NCBI GenBank assembly: GCA_964016885.1
Contig: OZ024749.1
Location: forward strand, 22,940,001-23,004,000
Length of the DNA stretch: 64,000 nt
DNA from: Eledone cirrhosa
Taxonomy: Eukaryota
Direction: 5' to 3'
The notes beneath the pieces are model-generated. The model made no database searches. It worked only from the letters and a program-made list of their open reading frames with translations, and had not been told where the DNA came from. Shown in pieces: positions 10,315 to 25,413 of this stretch; the stretch's first letter is position 1, and every line of letters starts with the position of its first letter. The translations under genes and the position numbers were made by a program.

Positions 10315-13300
10315 ATGGCCATATTAAGAGTAGGAAGTTTAAATGTTCGCGGCCTGGGGTCATTCTGGAAGCAGGGTCGCCTGCTCAACGACCTCTGGTC
10401 GCTGGAAATGGATGTGATTGCCGTCAGCGAGACCATAATTTCCGACACGCGCGTACTAGCCCCCATTTTCGACGACTATCAGATCTTCGCATCTGTTAGC
10501 AGACCGGGAATGGGGGATGTGGTCGCCGTGCTGTTTAGGAAAGGACTGGATCTCGAGGTAAGGTCGATCTTCCGGGACCCGGACGGTAAGTTGGTGGTCT
10601 TGGATGTGAGCAGTAGCGAGGGTGGTGCCTTTACACTGCTGGTCGTCTACGCCCCTACAGGGGCCGGACGACCGGACTACTTTAGGCGCCTGGAGACCTT
10701 TCTGGGTACGTCTCGCCCATTACTGTTAGCGGGGAACTGGAATGGCATCTTAGACGCACGCTGGGATTATGTGGGAGTAGCCGATAGGAGCGGGGGGGGG
10801 GTGCAAAAGGCTCAAGCACCGACAAAGCCAGTTCCAACTGTCTGACAGGTATCGACTAGATTTCCCCAATGTGCTAGTATGGACATGGACCAACCGAATA
10901 GGGTCATCTAGATCGTATATAGACAGGATCTTCATTAGGAAAATAGATAGAAATAGTGCGGGTGCCCACTTTTTAAAACGGTCGCCTATTCAGATCACAA
11001 ATTTGTGATCTGTACGGTCGACCTAGATAAAACGCGTAGGTTAGGACCGGGTTACTGGAAGCTGAACATGTCATTTCCGTCACGTAAGGCTTACAGGGAC
11101 CGAGTCAACAATTTAGTTAAGCAAAAGTTGACAGGGGGGATCATCAACAACAGATGGTGGGGGGCTCTCAAAAGAGAGATTAGAGTAACTTCGATAGAGT
11201 TCAGCAAAGAACTAGCGTTAGAGAAAAATAGAAAGGAGGGGGAGATGGTAGATAAGTTAGACGAGGCTATTTGTAGTGGCATTGCAACTGACGTGCTAGC
11301 ACCGAGAATGGTATTCGACGATTTCTTCAATGCCAAACACGAAGGTTGCATTGTCAGAGCTAAGGCGCGTGCGCTGAGACACGAGGGAACCAAAGCTGTT
11401 CGATGGGCCCGCGCAGCGTGGTAATAAAACCACCATTAGGTCTTTGGCGGACCGAGACGGACACGAGATAAGCGATTCCAAGAGGAAGTATGAGGCCTTT
11501 CGCCAGCACTTGGCACGGTTGTTCAGGGAGAGTGGCGAGTCAGAGAGAGTAGCGGATTTCAGTCCCTAACTTGACGGCTTGCCGCGCATCTCGACGGTCA
11601 ACGTTGAGCGCTGCGAAAGGCGGATTACTTCAGCCGAAATTCAGGAAGCCGTTGTCGGCTGCATAAGTCTCAAGTCACCCGGTTTGGATGGCCTGCCCTA
11701 CGAGCTTTACGTAAATATGCCAGACTTGTTCTCCGAACTCCTCGAAGCACTTTACTGCAACTGGCAGCAGAATGGAGGTATTCCCAGTTCTGTGAGCAGG
11801 GGAGTGGTAACGCTGATAAGGAAATACGAGAACAAGAGGGATACATTAGACAACTTCAGGCCCATAACTCTGCTCAACACAGAGTTTAAGATTTTGGCCA
11901 AGGTGTTAGCATAGAGATTGGCGCTTGTCGTCGAGGGTTTGGTTGGGGAGGCGCAAACTTGCGCAATCAAAGCCAGGTCTATACACGACAATCTCCAGCT
12001 CATGCGATACATCATAGAGAGGGTACGGTGTAAACCTGGCTTCGGTGGGGCACTGATCAATATAGATCTATCGAAAGCATACGATAGGGTCGACCATCGG
12101 TATCTGGAGATTGTCCTCAAAGCAGCTGGCTTCCGGCCCTGTCTTCAGAAGGTGGATCGATGCTATGTACAGCGGCACACGCTCGGTGGTCAAAGTTAAT
12201 GGCCACCTCTCGGAACCATTTCGGCTCTCCCGATCGGTCCGTCATGGGTGCCCTCTCTCTTCCCTTCTGCACGTAGTGACTCTCGAGCCTTTACTGCGGA
12301 AGCTGGAGCTGTTGCAGGGCATCCCGCTTGAACCGGGACGTGGAAAGGCGGTGTCGTCTTATGCGGACGACATCATCGTGATGGTGTCGAACACCTCAGA
12401 AATCGAGGTGGTCGGCACCTTATTGAAGGAATATGAAAGGTTGACAGGAGCCAATCTTAACTCGGAAAAGTCGGTGGGCTTGCAGCTCGGAACCTGGAGA
12501 GCCATCCAACAGCGTCGTGGGGCGCTGGACGGACGGACCGGTAAAGTTGCTGGGGGTTTGGTTCGGACCAGACCTCCAGGTGGAAAAGAATTTGGACGAG
12601 GTAACGAACAGAGTAGCCAGTCTCACCCAAAAATGGGCTGGGAAGAAGCTATCAGTGAAAGGTCGCGCGGAGGTGGCGAATGCGTACATCGCATCCGTCA
12701 TCTACTACCGCCTGACCGTCGTGCCTTGCCCTCGTCCCCGCCTCGTCAAGTTGGAACGGCTCCTCTTCAAATTCATGTGGAGAGGACAAGTTCCGTTGGT
12801 GAGGCGGTCCATCTGCTGCCAGTACCCTCTACGCGGAGGGCTGGGCATGCCGTGGCTAATGATGCGCAGACATGCGTTGAGGCTGCGACATCTCCAGATA
12901 TTCTGCCTCAACGGTGAACAGGTGTGGTCGCCGTTTATCAGACGGGCCTTTCCGCAGCTCATTTCTTTGACTGAGCTGCAGTACTGGGTCAAGAAGAAAC
13001 CCAGACTATGCGACTGGCACCTGGAATGTTGCCAGGCACTTACTGCCCTCTACCAGCGGAACTTCCACTCTCGAGTTCTATAGAGGATTAGTGTTGGGCA
13101 AGTGCGATGACGCACTCGGAGAAGCTTTGGGCCTCGTCGAAGTCGAACTGACCAGTCTGTCCCGGACGACTTTTGAGCAGGGGACGATGGACAATTTCCA
13201 GAAATCCCGCGCTTGGCAGTGCTACCGGAGGGCACTGCCGGTTCGGGATAAACTCTACAGGCACGGAAGTGCTGTCAGACGAACCTGCCCAAGATGCGCA

Positions 13301-13702
13301 GAGAACCACGAAACCGTTCTGCACGCACTTATCCAATGTCCGTGCATTACTGACTTGTGGAGTTATGTCGAACAGTTACTGTCGCGTGTGGAACGAATCC
13401 GGCTGTCGGCCAGGTCCATAGTGAAGATCGATCCACCGTCTTCCTTAGGTCAGGAAGAGCAGGAAATGTTCCTCTGTCTGGTGGCAGTTGCGAAAGAGTT
13501 TATATGGTGGACCAGGTTAAAAGGACTGAAGACAGACACTTTTCTCTTCGGCCAATCTCTCATCAACGTCTTCAAGTTTCACCTGGAAAGGAAGGCGAGG
13601 GTGGAGAGAAAAATGCTGCCCGCCAGTACATTTGCTAAAAGGTGGGTGAATGTGGCGCGAATGGCTCGTGTGAATGGGCCTACTCTGACCATGCACTTAT
13701 AG
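10315..13702 (+). pseudogene. Frameshifted Tx1 ORF2 (APE-RT)
   Basis: Pieces collinear with 1125-4544 (GSLNVRG, PGYWKLN, FRPITLLN, YADD, CPRC) interrupted by several frameshifts and stops. Confidence 0.92.
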
Positions 13703-14063
13703 GCTAGCTAACTTGAGGAGAGTGGTGCTCTCCCTGGGTGCCCTAGAAGCGCAGGGCGGTTCAGGATTGATGGAGTACCCGAGTCACCCCAGGGTCGTTC
13801 ACACCTTATCGGGAATTTATTTTGTTATATTTATGCAAAGTTTATTTTATATTTTTATATTTTCATTGTTAAATTAGTCTTGCCAGTGTGCACTTTTATT
13901 CGACCTTATTGTAAAGCCCCACTGTCCCTGTCGGCCCTTGTGGCTAATAAATGAAATCCTTATTTTATGTTATTATTATATATATCTATATCTATACACA
14001 TATATACATACATATATACATATATATAAATACATATATATATATTTATATATATGTATATAT

Positions 14064-14671
<608 letters not shown>

Positions 14672-15460
14672 CTATATATATATATATATACATATACCTA
14701 CCATACATATATATATAAGAAATTGTATACGCGTACTTCTAAAGCAAACTTCATGCGAAATCTATTGCAATTAAGGTTTCGTGTGTCAAATCTAAACAAA
14801 CGGAATAAACTCAACCGGTCCAAACCACACAGTAATGTAACATTCAATATATTTCAGCATTTGGTTTACTTACCAGATGTTCTATTAATAAGCCAATAAC
14901 ATATCGAAAGAGTAGAGCGATTCAAAACAGGCAATCTTCTACTGTTAACATTCATTTGTCTTCTTTTTATTAATGTTATCGTTGCTGTTTTTGTTATTGA
15001 TGTTACCCATTTCAATTTTACACATAACTTTATTATTACCTGGAAGAATTATCTGCAAACATCAACACACTCTAATATTTGGGATAGGCCATTTTATTTC
15101 GAGTAAGTTTCCAATTACCAGTGAATATAAACGCTAAATTGTAACATTCTGTTTACAGCGGATTTCATTAGAGTATTTTGTAATGGCTGCGATGTTGCTA
15201 TATAAAGAATTCCCTGTGCATATGTCAAAATGATTGCTTGAAGCTGTAATAAGGTAACGTTAACTTATTATAGATGTTTATAGACTCCGAAACAGTAGAA
15301 TCGATTAGAGTTGATCCCCATCTCCCTCACCCTCACTAATACTACTTACTGCTATCTAAGGATAGAGAAAAGAAATATATTTAATGTTTTATAATTCGCA
15401 GCCATACTGCAAACGATCGCTATTTCTTTTTGGTTCGCTAATATGTATATGTATGTATGT

Positions 15461-16069
15461 CAGGTCGCCAGTTGGTGTTACTGGTAACATGTATCCCAGT
15501 ACAACCTACCCCATGGTCGGATCGTTGGCGACTAAACTGGCAACCCCACCAAGGTTTCTTGGTGAGGAGGGTGACTTTGGACATCCTGCAGGACTAAAAA
15601 CAAAACCTGTCAAAGGGCAAATGAGCTCTTAAGAGTCAATGGCCATCCAAAATCACCGGGAGAGATGACCCCTTAGCCTTTGTCAAGGCAGAATTCTAGG
15701 AGAAGCAAAACTCTGATATAACACCTGCAACGCTGATGGTATCCAATGATGTTGACTTGTTCTTCTTTTTGGTAAATATCATCTTGGTTAAGAGAGTGCC
15801 ACTGGCTTTGTGCAATGACTGTGCTCACTATAAAAGCTTCACGGCACAGGCATTGCTTTATATCTGGAGATCTCTCTACTCTTGTCGTCACATGGTACCA
15901 TGGGCCCAGCACTATGTGTCAATAATTGTCACAAGTGTAGTGTTTGTACCAGAGTTTTCAAGTCGCTGGCTGGACTAAAAAGTCACACTTGTTCAGCGCA
16001 TCGGTAAGGGTTCTCCTACATGGATATAAAGTAGTGGCCGTACTCGAAAACGAGTTGGCAGCCACCACC
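15461..16069 (+). mobile_element. Bipartite RTE-derived non-autonomous retroelement, longest copy
   Basis: RTE-5'UTR-like head (TAGGAGAAG..AAACTCTGA); tail encodes [25 protein letters not shown] (C2H2 finger as at RTE C-termini); (ATGT)n on both sides; four copies in the window. Confidence 0.75.
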
Positions 16070-16081
16070 ATGTATGTATGT

Positions 16082-16532
16082 CAACATCATTAGATACCAT
16101 CAGGGGTGCAGGTGTTATATCAGAGTTTTCCTTCTCCTAGAATTCTGCCTTGACAAAGGCTAAGGGGTCATCTCTGCCGGTGATTTTGGATGGCCATTGA
16201 CTCTTAAGAACTCCTTTGGCCTTTGTTCTTCTTTTTGGTAAATATCATCTCGGTTAAGAGAGTGGGACTGGCTTTGTGCAGTGCCTTTGCTCACTATAAA
16301 AGCTTCACGGCGCAGACATTGCTTTATATCTGGAGATCTCTCTGCACTTGTCGTCACATGGTACCATAGGCGCAGCACTATGTGTCAATAAGTGTCACAA
16401 GTGTAGTGTTTGTACCAGAGTTTTCAAGTCGCTGGCTGGACTAAAAAGTCACACTCGTTGAGCGCATCGGTAGGGGTTCTCCTACATGGGTATACATTAG
16501 TTGCCGTACTCGAAAACGAGTTGGCAGCCACC
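16082..16532 (+). mobile_element. Same RTE-derived element with a 5' inversion
   Basis: 16082-16220 is the reverse complement of the segment immediately upstream of where the forward part (16222 on) begins. Confidence 0.8.
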
Positions 16533-16577
16533 ATGTATGTATGTACATCTACATGCATGTTATATATATATATATAC

Positions 16578-16823
<246 letters not shown>

Positions 16824-16837
16824 ATATATATATATAA

Positions 16838-16953
16838 CGAAGGAAGTGTGGTAAGGAACCAGGTGGACCATAACGCACCAGAATACTCAATGCTTTGGGT
16901 AGTAGAGTGGTTAATATGCTGGAGCTCTGCCGTCGGGGTCTTGAACATTTTAC
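16838..16953 (-). repeat. Fragment of the pLTR-like repeat also found at 31301-31507
   Basis: AACGAAGGAA(G/A)TGTGGTAAGGAACCAG..GGACCATAACGCAC is shared. Confidence 0.65.
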
Positions 16954-17254
16954 TATATATATATATATATATATACAGAGAGAGAGAGAGAGTGAGAGAG
17001 AGAGCGAGCGAGGGATATACATACATATTGAATGACTTCTACAAAGTCACCAGCTGGTAGATTCCTAGTAAAGCAACCTAAACAAAACAGCGTCAGTATA
17101 CATCCCTACTTTACTGCAGTTTCGATCATCAAGACACAGCATTGACCATTTCAATACATTAAATCAGGTAATACTGGAAGAAGATAATCTTATCAAAGGG
17201 TATTCTTTGTAAGTAAACGAAATTTATATATCTTTGAGTGTATATATATAAATT

Positions 17255-17465
17255 CTTTTGTTTAACCTGTTTAGCTTGCTTCGTTTTTTTTTGGCTCCGG
17301 TGGCTGATAGCTTCATGACCGCCGTTTTCAGTTTCTTTGGCCTCTATAGCGTATGTTAATTGCTCTGGTCTTCTTTTAGTCCATTGAACGCTTGCCACAT
17401 ATCTCGAAAATTGGTTTGGCTTTGTATTTGACCACAGCTGTAATACGATCTCGCTGAAATTATAT
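17255..17465. repeat. Unclassified interspersed repeat (second copy 46385-46590)
   Basis: TTAACCTGTTTAGCTTG...AATACGATCTCGCTGAA is shared; both copies abut (TA)n. Confidence 0.65.
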
Positions 17466-18183
17466 TTATATAAATATATATATAGGTGCAAAAGGAAAAC
17501 ATATATTACAAATCAAACCACAAAGTACAATGAAGAAATATCTCATTAATTTTCTGCTTGATATTGTAGGAAAAGAGTCTTAAAGTTTCGGACGCTAGTC
17601 TGCCATTAGTAAAAAAGAATAAGAAATAAAGGAAGAAATAAAATATCGAGGAGACGGACAGTGGTAGAAAAGATGTGTTAGTGTATATAAAAATATCAAC
17701 CCGTGGCAGGAGTAGGTTATACCTGGAAGGAATGTTGGCTGGTTAGAGAAGCAGAGGCCGGCAGCCGAAACGATGGCTTGACAATGTCAACTTATGGAGT
17801 GGTCTTGATCTTTGCTTTTTGAACTGTTGCTGCTGATGGAACTTTGTGGGGTGAGATATCACATGTTAATAGGCAGTCTGCAACTGGCGGAGTTTAGCGT
17901 CACAAAAAGAAGTGTATGTATATATGTATATGCGGAAAGAAAACGCTTAACAATAAAATGCAATAAAGATATATATTAGTTTAACAATATATATATAGAA
18001 GGAACAGCATCTTACAGTTTCGGGCGCTAGTCATTCATCAGAATATAGGAATAACAGAATGATGGAGGAGAGACGAAGAGGAAGATACGGGAAAAATAGA
18101 CCCCCGCTTCTCCCTTTCACTCACATACTCCTACTATCTCCTTTTAGGTTTGGTAAAACATTTTACATCAAATATGCACCAGT

Positions 18184-18470
18184 GGAAGCAAGTGGCCTAG
18201 TGGTAAGGGTGTTGGACTTACGATCATAATGTCGTGGACTCGATTCCTGAGTTGCATGTTGTGTTCTTGAGTAAAACACTTCATTTCACGTTGCTCCAGC
18301 ATACTCAGCTGAAAAATGAGTACCAGCAATAGCTGGCAATTTAACCGTGCGATGAACTGGCGTCCTGTCCAGTAGGGAGTCTTGTACTCTCAGACGCTTC
18401 ACCCCATGAAACCTGGATAAGGACCGGCCAAACGAGCCTTCTTGGCTTAAGACAGACTTTAGACTTTTTT
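18184..18470 (+). mobile_element. tRNA-derived SINE with V/Meta-type central domain
   Basis: A box TGGCCTAGTGG, B box GGACTCGATTCC, core TTGTGTTCTTGAGTAAAACACTT and GCGATGAACTGGCGTCCTGTCCAG, T-rich tail. Confidence 0.8.
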
Positions 18471-19233
18471 TTATGCACCAGCTTAACCACTTACACATCT
18501 ACATACCTACACATATACACATACAAATTGGCAATTTTTATTTTAAAATGATGATATTGGGAAATAGATCAACTTAAACATAATAGCTAAAGACCCCACC
18601 ATCCACAAGTTCGCCCAGCTACCCACCTAAACGCCTACACCTGCACAAAGTGTCAGTTTCTATTCTAAAATGATGATGCTTGAATTGCCATCATCTTGAA
18701 TATAACAATCAATGATTCCCACCTACCCAGCTACACACCTAGCCACCTACCCAGCTACACACCTAGCCCCCAACACTCTATACCCATTCTCTCATACACA
18801 CATACATACCTACTCACATACACACATATACAGGCCAACAGAAATTGACAGTTCATATTCTCAAATAATGACGCATGAAGGCCGTATACGACATCAGAAA
18901 TATGGATGTAACTCTTTTTTTAGGGCTGGTGTGTTCCATAACGATTGCTTCATGACGAAAAACGTGACGGTTTTACTTGAAAATGATGATGAGGTTTTTG
19001 GTGTCACAGCTAATCCATTCAACTACAAACTTAATTGCTTTAACACTTCAGTTTGCAAAACAATTCAACAATCATCAATATCTGAAAAAGACAGTCAATG
19101 GCATTTCTTGAATTTTAAATATGGCGGTAATGCCATACAGTAAAAACAAAAACGAAACAAACAAAAAATGGCGGAAATACTATACAGTACAACAACAAAA
19201 ACAAGTGAAACGTATCTCATTAACGTTTTCGTT

Positions 19234-19235
<2 letters not shown>

Positions 19236-19320
<85 letters not shown>

Positions 19321-20145
19321 GTTTCCCATTCTCTTTCGCTCTCTTTGTCTTTCCCGAATTCTCTCTATCTGTATGTCTTTCTTTCTCACTTTCTTTCATT
19401 TCTCTCTCTCTCTTTCTGTCTCCGTTTTCCCCGTCTCTCTCCTTCTCTTTTCTCTCTTTATCTTCCTCTTTCTCTCTATCTTTCCTTCTATGTGTCTCTG
19501 TCTTTCTGCCTCCCTTTCTGTATGTCTCTCTCTCTCTCTCTCTCTCTATGCCTGTCTCTCTTTGCCCCCTCCCTCTCTAACTCCTCTACCCCACACTCTC
19601 TTCTCCCTCTCTCTCTGACGTTCTGCTAATATAAAAAGAACTCTCTGTGTCCATCTCTGATTGTCTGTCTCTCTCTATCTCTCTCTCTAACTCCTCCACC
19701 CACTTTCCCTTCTCTATCTCTATCACTCAATCTCTCTCTGTGCCTCTCTCTCTTCTTCCCCTTCTCTCTCTCTCACGTTCTGTTAAAATAAAAAAAAAAC
19801 TCTCTGTCTCCCTCTCTGATTGTTTGTCTCACTCTGTCTCTCTTTCTCTCTCTCTCACTCCTACACCCCAATCTCTCTTCTCCCCCTCTCTCTCTCTCTC
19901 TCTCAATCTATTTCTCTGCCTCTCTCTTTCTCTCTCTCTTACTTCTCCCTTTCTCTCTCTCACGTTCTGCTAATATAATAGAAACTCTCTGTCTCCTTCT
20001 CTGATTATCACTCTCTTCTCTGTCTCTCTCACTCCTCCACCCCACTCTCCCTTCTCCTCCCTCTTAATCTCTCTATGTGCCTCTCTTTATCCCCCCCCTC
20101 TCTCTTACCCCCCTCCCCCTCTCACGTTCTGCTAATATAAAAAAA
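19236..20145. repeat. (CT)n-derived minisatellite with 4 degenerate units
   Basis: ACGTTCTG(C/T)TAA(T/A)ATAA recurs at about 19618, 19775, 19962 and 20123. Confidence 0.8.
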
Positions 20146-20384
20146 ATCCCGCAATTGTCCTTTTATCTCGGTGATTGTTTGGGTTGGGAGATATATCCTG
20201 TTAAAGACAGTTTTGCAGTCAATGCTTTTTATTTGCTCAACATGTGTGTATATATATATGTGTGCGTCCCTGTGTGAGTGAGTGTGTGTGTGGGCATGTG
20301 TGTATTTGTCTATCTAAGTATGTTTATGTATGTGCGCGCGCAAGTGTCTGTTTACATGTGTGTGTGAGTATCAATGTGTGTGTA

Positions 20385-20436
<52 letters not shown>

Positions 20437-20593
20437 AATACATTATCGGAGAAAGCTGTTAGTGATACTCCGGCCAAATTCCAACTCACTCAACAAACAT
20501 TAGGAAATAAGTGATTATATTACTAATTAAACGTTAGGGGTGCTAACTAATTGTATTGTGTGGAAAATTGGCTGTGTTATTTCATATGAGACA

Positions 20594-20780
20594 TGGATTG
20601 GCAGTATCGGTAGAGGGTCGGACGCCATGCTTTCCAGCATAGTTACGTCCCTTTACGATCTGAGTTCAAATCCCGCCGAGGTTGACTTTGCCTTTCATCC
20701 TTACGGGGTCGATAAAATAAAGTACCAGTAATGAACTGAGTACTTGCTGGCCTTGTGCCTAAAGTAGAAACAATTATTTC
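20594..20780 (+). mobile_element. tRNA-derived SINE of the type abundant in octopus
   Basis: TGGCAGTATCGG A box, GAGTTCAAATCC B box, GACTTTGCCTTTCATCC..GGGGTCGATAAAATAAAGTACC body; second copy at 29603-29782. Confidence 0.75.
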
Positions 20781-20794
20781 ATATGAGACATATC

Positions 20795-22418
<1,624 letters not shown>

Positions 22419-22976
22419 TTGATAGCTGCAATATTGGTGTCCAGGGTTCAGATGAATGAAACTGATAATAGAGCCGGACATGAGGTCAGCTTTTATGGGA
22501 GTTTCATTTTACAATATTGGACCATTTTCATGGTGGGTTTATGGCGATATACAGAGAGAGGGAGGGGGTGAGATATAGAGAGGGAGGGGGGTGAGAGAGA
22601 TAGAGAGGGTGGGGGTGAGTGACGGAGAGAGAGAGAGGCTAAACACACACATAGAGATGGAGAGGGAGAGTGGGAGAGAATGACAAAGAGAGTGATAGAG
22701 ACAGGAGGGAGGGAGAGAGAAAGATAGAGAGCGTAAGAGAGAGAGAAAGGGAGAGCGTGAGAGCGTGAGAATAAGAGAGAGAGATAGGGGGGGGGGGCGA
22801 AAGAGGCTAAATACACACAAAGAGAGAGAGAGAGAGTGTGTGTGAGATCATGAGTATAAGAGATAGATAGAGAAATAAATAAAGAGAGAAATAGACAGAG
22901 AGGGGAGAGAAAAAGGGTAAGAAATAGAGATAGAGGGAGATAGAGAAGGGGTAAGAGAGAGAGAGAGAGTGAGAGA

Positions 22977-23032
<56 letters not shown>

Positions 23033-23931
23033 ACATAATTACCTTCATGGTTTATTAGTTCGCCAACGTCTTGCAGGAAAAAAATAAGTTATTAAGCTGA
23101 CAACGATTACTGGCGGTTTCTCGTTTGATTGGTTTTATATGAGTCTTAAAAACTAGATTAGAAATTGTTGGAATTAAGATCGTTAAAAATGTGTGTTGAC
23201 GCCATATTTCGCACATTTAAACCAATCTCCGTTCGTCTTTGCTTCAAATGAAATAACAGCTAGCTCAACGCTACGTGGACCGAATAATGATATTGATAAT
23301 AATTATAACGATAATAATGATAAAAATAAAAATACCAACATCCAGTCAATAAATAAACAAAGAAAAAAAATCAAAGAAAAAGAAAAGAAACCCGGAGATG
23401 AATGAAATTCTGTCGAAAGACTTCACCCTTCATTAGTTTGGAGATATTTAATCTGTGATCATACGATAAAAACCTTGATTATTTTGGCACCATAGTGATC
23501 ATGTCTTCTTTGTGTTGATCAGTGAGATATCACAACCAACGCTGTTGCTGGTCAATATGGCAGAGACTTTTCTTTTCTCGTTGAAACAGAAGATTATATT
23601 GAGATGTGATGTAAACAGGAGAAACAAACATTTTTCATTTCAAGTAATCTATTCTTTTAGAACCGTTCAACGATAGGAAGATACAAACTTTGATTTCCGT
23701 CTTTTGGGGTTAATATAACCAAATTACTGGATTAGTTTTCATAGGCAAGTATTAAAAACTACCTATTGCCTCAGCAGTTCTAAAAAAAATAGATAGTTTA
23801 CATATTTTTAGACTGAATCTATCGACAAGATCCTATTCGCTTTTCGTGACAAATCGAACCATAGAAACAATGTTTCCATTGGTCTTTACATTGCTAACAC
23901 TATCTAACAGTCGCAAGACCTGGATAAAGGA

Positions 23932-23962
<31 letters not shown>

Positions 23963-24005
23963 AAGAAGGAAGAGGAAGGAGAGGAGGAGAAGAAGAACAC
24001 GACGA

Positions 24006-24057
<52 letters not shown>

Positions 24058-24077
24058 AGATATATAGATGTATACAC

Positions 24078-24108
<31 letters not shown>

Positions 24109-24110
24109 CG

Positions 24111-24179
<69 letters not shown>

Positions 24180-24180
<1 letters not shown>

Positions 24181-24700
24181 TGTTTCTTTATTAGCCACAG
24201 GGGCACACAAGAAGGGGACACTTACAAAGGGGTGAGTTTACATACAATAAAAACGTAGATAGATAGATAGACATATTCAGAGATAGATAGTTAGATAGAT
24301 AGAAAGATGGATATATAGATATATAGATAGATATGTTTCTTTATTAGCCACAGGGGCACAAAAGAAGGGGGCAAATACAAAGGGGGAAATTTACATACAA
24401 TAAAAACGTGTAAAATGTTATCACAAATGCAATTTAAAAAGTTAGTCGATTTTCCCCAATAGGGGGAGACAGTTCATATGGGTAACACATACCCCCGAAA
24501 AAAAAATGTGCAACCCTCAACTCCAGGAGTACGAAGAGCTTGTACTACTTTCCTCTCCTCCACCTTTTCCTCAACCTACAGGCTGATATAGAGAGAAGGC
24601 CCATTCACTCGGGCCATTCTCGCCACTTTCACCCACCTTTCATAAAACTTGCTGGGGTACAGCACCTCTCTCTCCATCCTGATTCTTCTTCCAAAGTGGT
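24180..24700 (-). mobile_element. Tx1 3'-end fragments (3' terminus present twice)
   Basis: Reverse complement contains GCGAGAATGGCCCGAGTGAATGGGCCT (ARMARVNGP as in ORF2) and CTGTGGCTAATAAAGAAAC at about 24182 and 24335; embedded in (GATA)n/(GA)n. Confidence 0.8.
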
Positions 24701-24740
24701 ATTTGAAAAAAAGAATCAGTTGTTATATAGATATATATAT

Positions 24741-24797
<57 letters not shown>

Positions 24798-25154
24798 TCG
24801 GGGGTGGGAGTGAAAGAGAGAGAGAGGGGGAGAGAGAGAGTGCGAGAGAGAGAGAGAGAGAGTGAGAGAGAAACGATTGATTTGATGATTATATGTATTA
24901 TCTAAAGATGTATGTTTTTCTTGCGAAGTTGTCTTGCTGGAATCATTGCAATGAAATTGCTTCCTTATTACAGAGACAAGGTAGTGCTGGAGGCAATATC
25001 TATCTATTTATCTCCCCCTCTGTATATATATATAACTATATATTCATTTATTTATTTATCTATCAATCTATTTATCTATATAACTATCTATCTATAGTAA
25101 AATCGAAGCTTTGGTTGCGGCCAAGCAAAGTCGACCTACAATTAGGAATGAGTA

Positions 25155-25220
<66 letters not shown>

Positions 25221-25223
<3 letters not shown>

Positions 25224-25413
25224 TTAATATAGATGAGATTCTACAGGACTAGAACTGTTTCATTCTTTAGAAATCATCAGGAATCCTGATGATTTCTAAA
25301 GAATGAAACAGTTCTAGTCCTGTAGAATCTCATCTATATTAAAACTTTTATACTCTGCAATGTATTAAGTACCTTACTGACTGTGGTTACCTCCGATTCA
25401 ACCCGGAATAACG
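25221..25413. mobile_element. Penelope pLTR-derived fold-back element (125-bp perfect palindrome plus tail), family B
   Basis: 25221-25345 is a perfect inverted repeat centred on 25283; the tail ..TCCGATTCAACCCGGAATAAC recurs at about 35492 (reverse complement) and 39672; (TA)n flanks. Confidence 0.75.
25237..25285 (-). ncRNA. Type I hammerhead ribozyme motif
   Basis: GAUUC CUGAUGA UUUC-UAAA-GAAU GAAA CAG-UUCUAGUC-CUG UA GAAUC; stem II opens with U-U. Confidence 0.7.

Larger units (their letters stand above)
8079..13958 (+). mobile_element. Tx1/L1-clade non-LTR retrotransposon, copy 2 (probably full length, decayed, different subfamily)
   Basis: 5' UTR after a (TTA)n tract, fragmented ORF1 and ORF2 homologous to copy 1, 3' end TGTGGCTAATAAATGAAATC followed by degenerate TTA repeats. 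Confidence 0.9.

Noticed and set aside
18184-18250. tRNA gene
   Set aside because: No complete cloverleaf; it is the head of a SINE
18712-19143. 143-aa ORF or a possible minus-strand exon after a TCTTTTTCAG acceptor
   Set aside because: No recognisable homology; all three minus frames after the acceptor stop quickly
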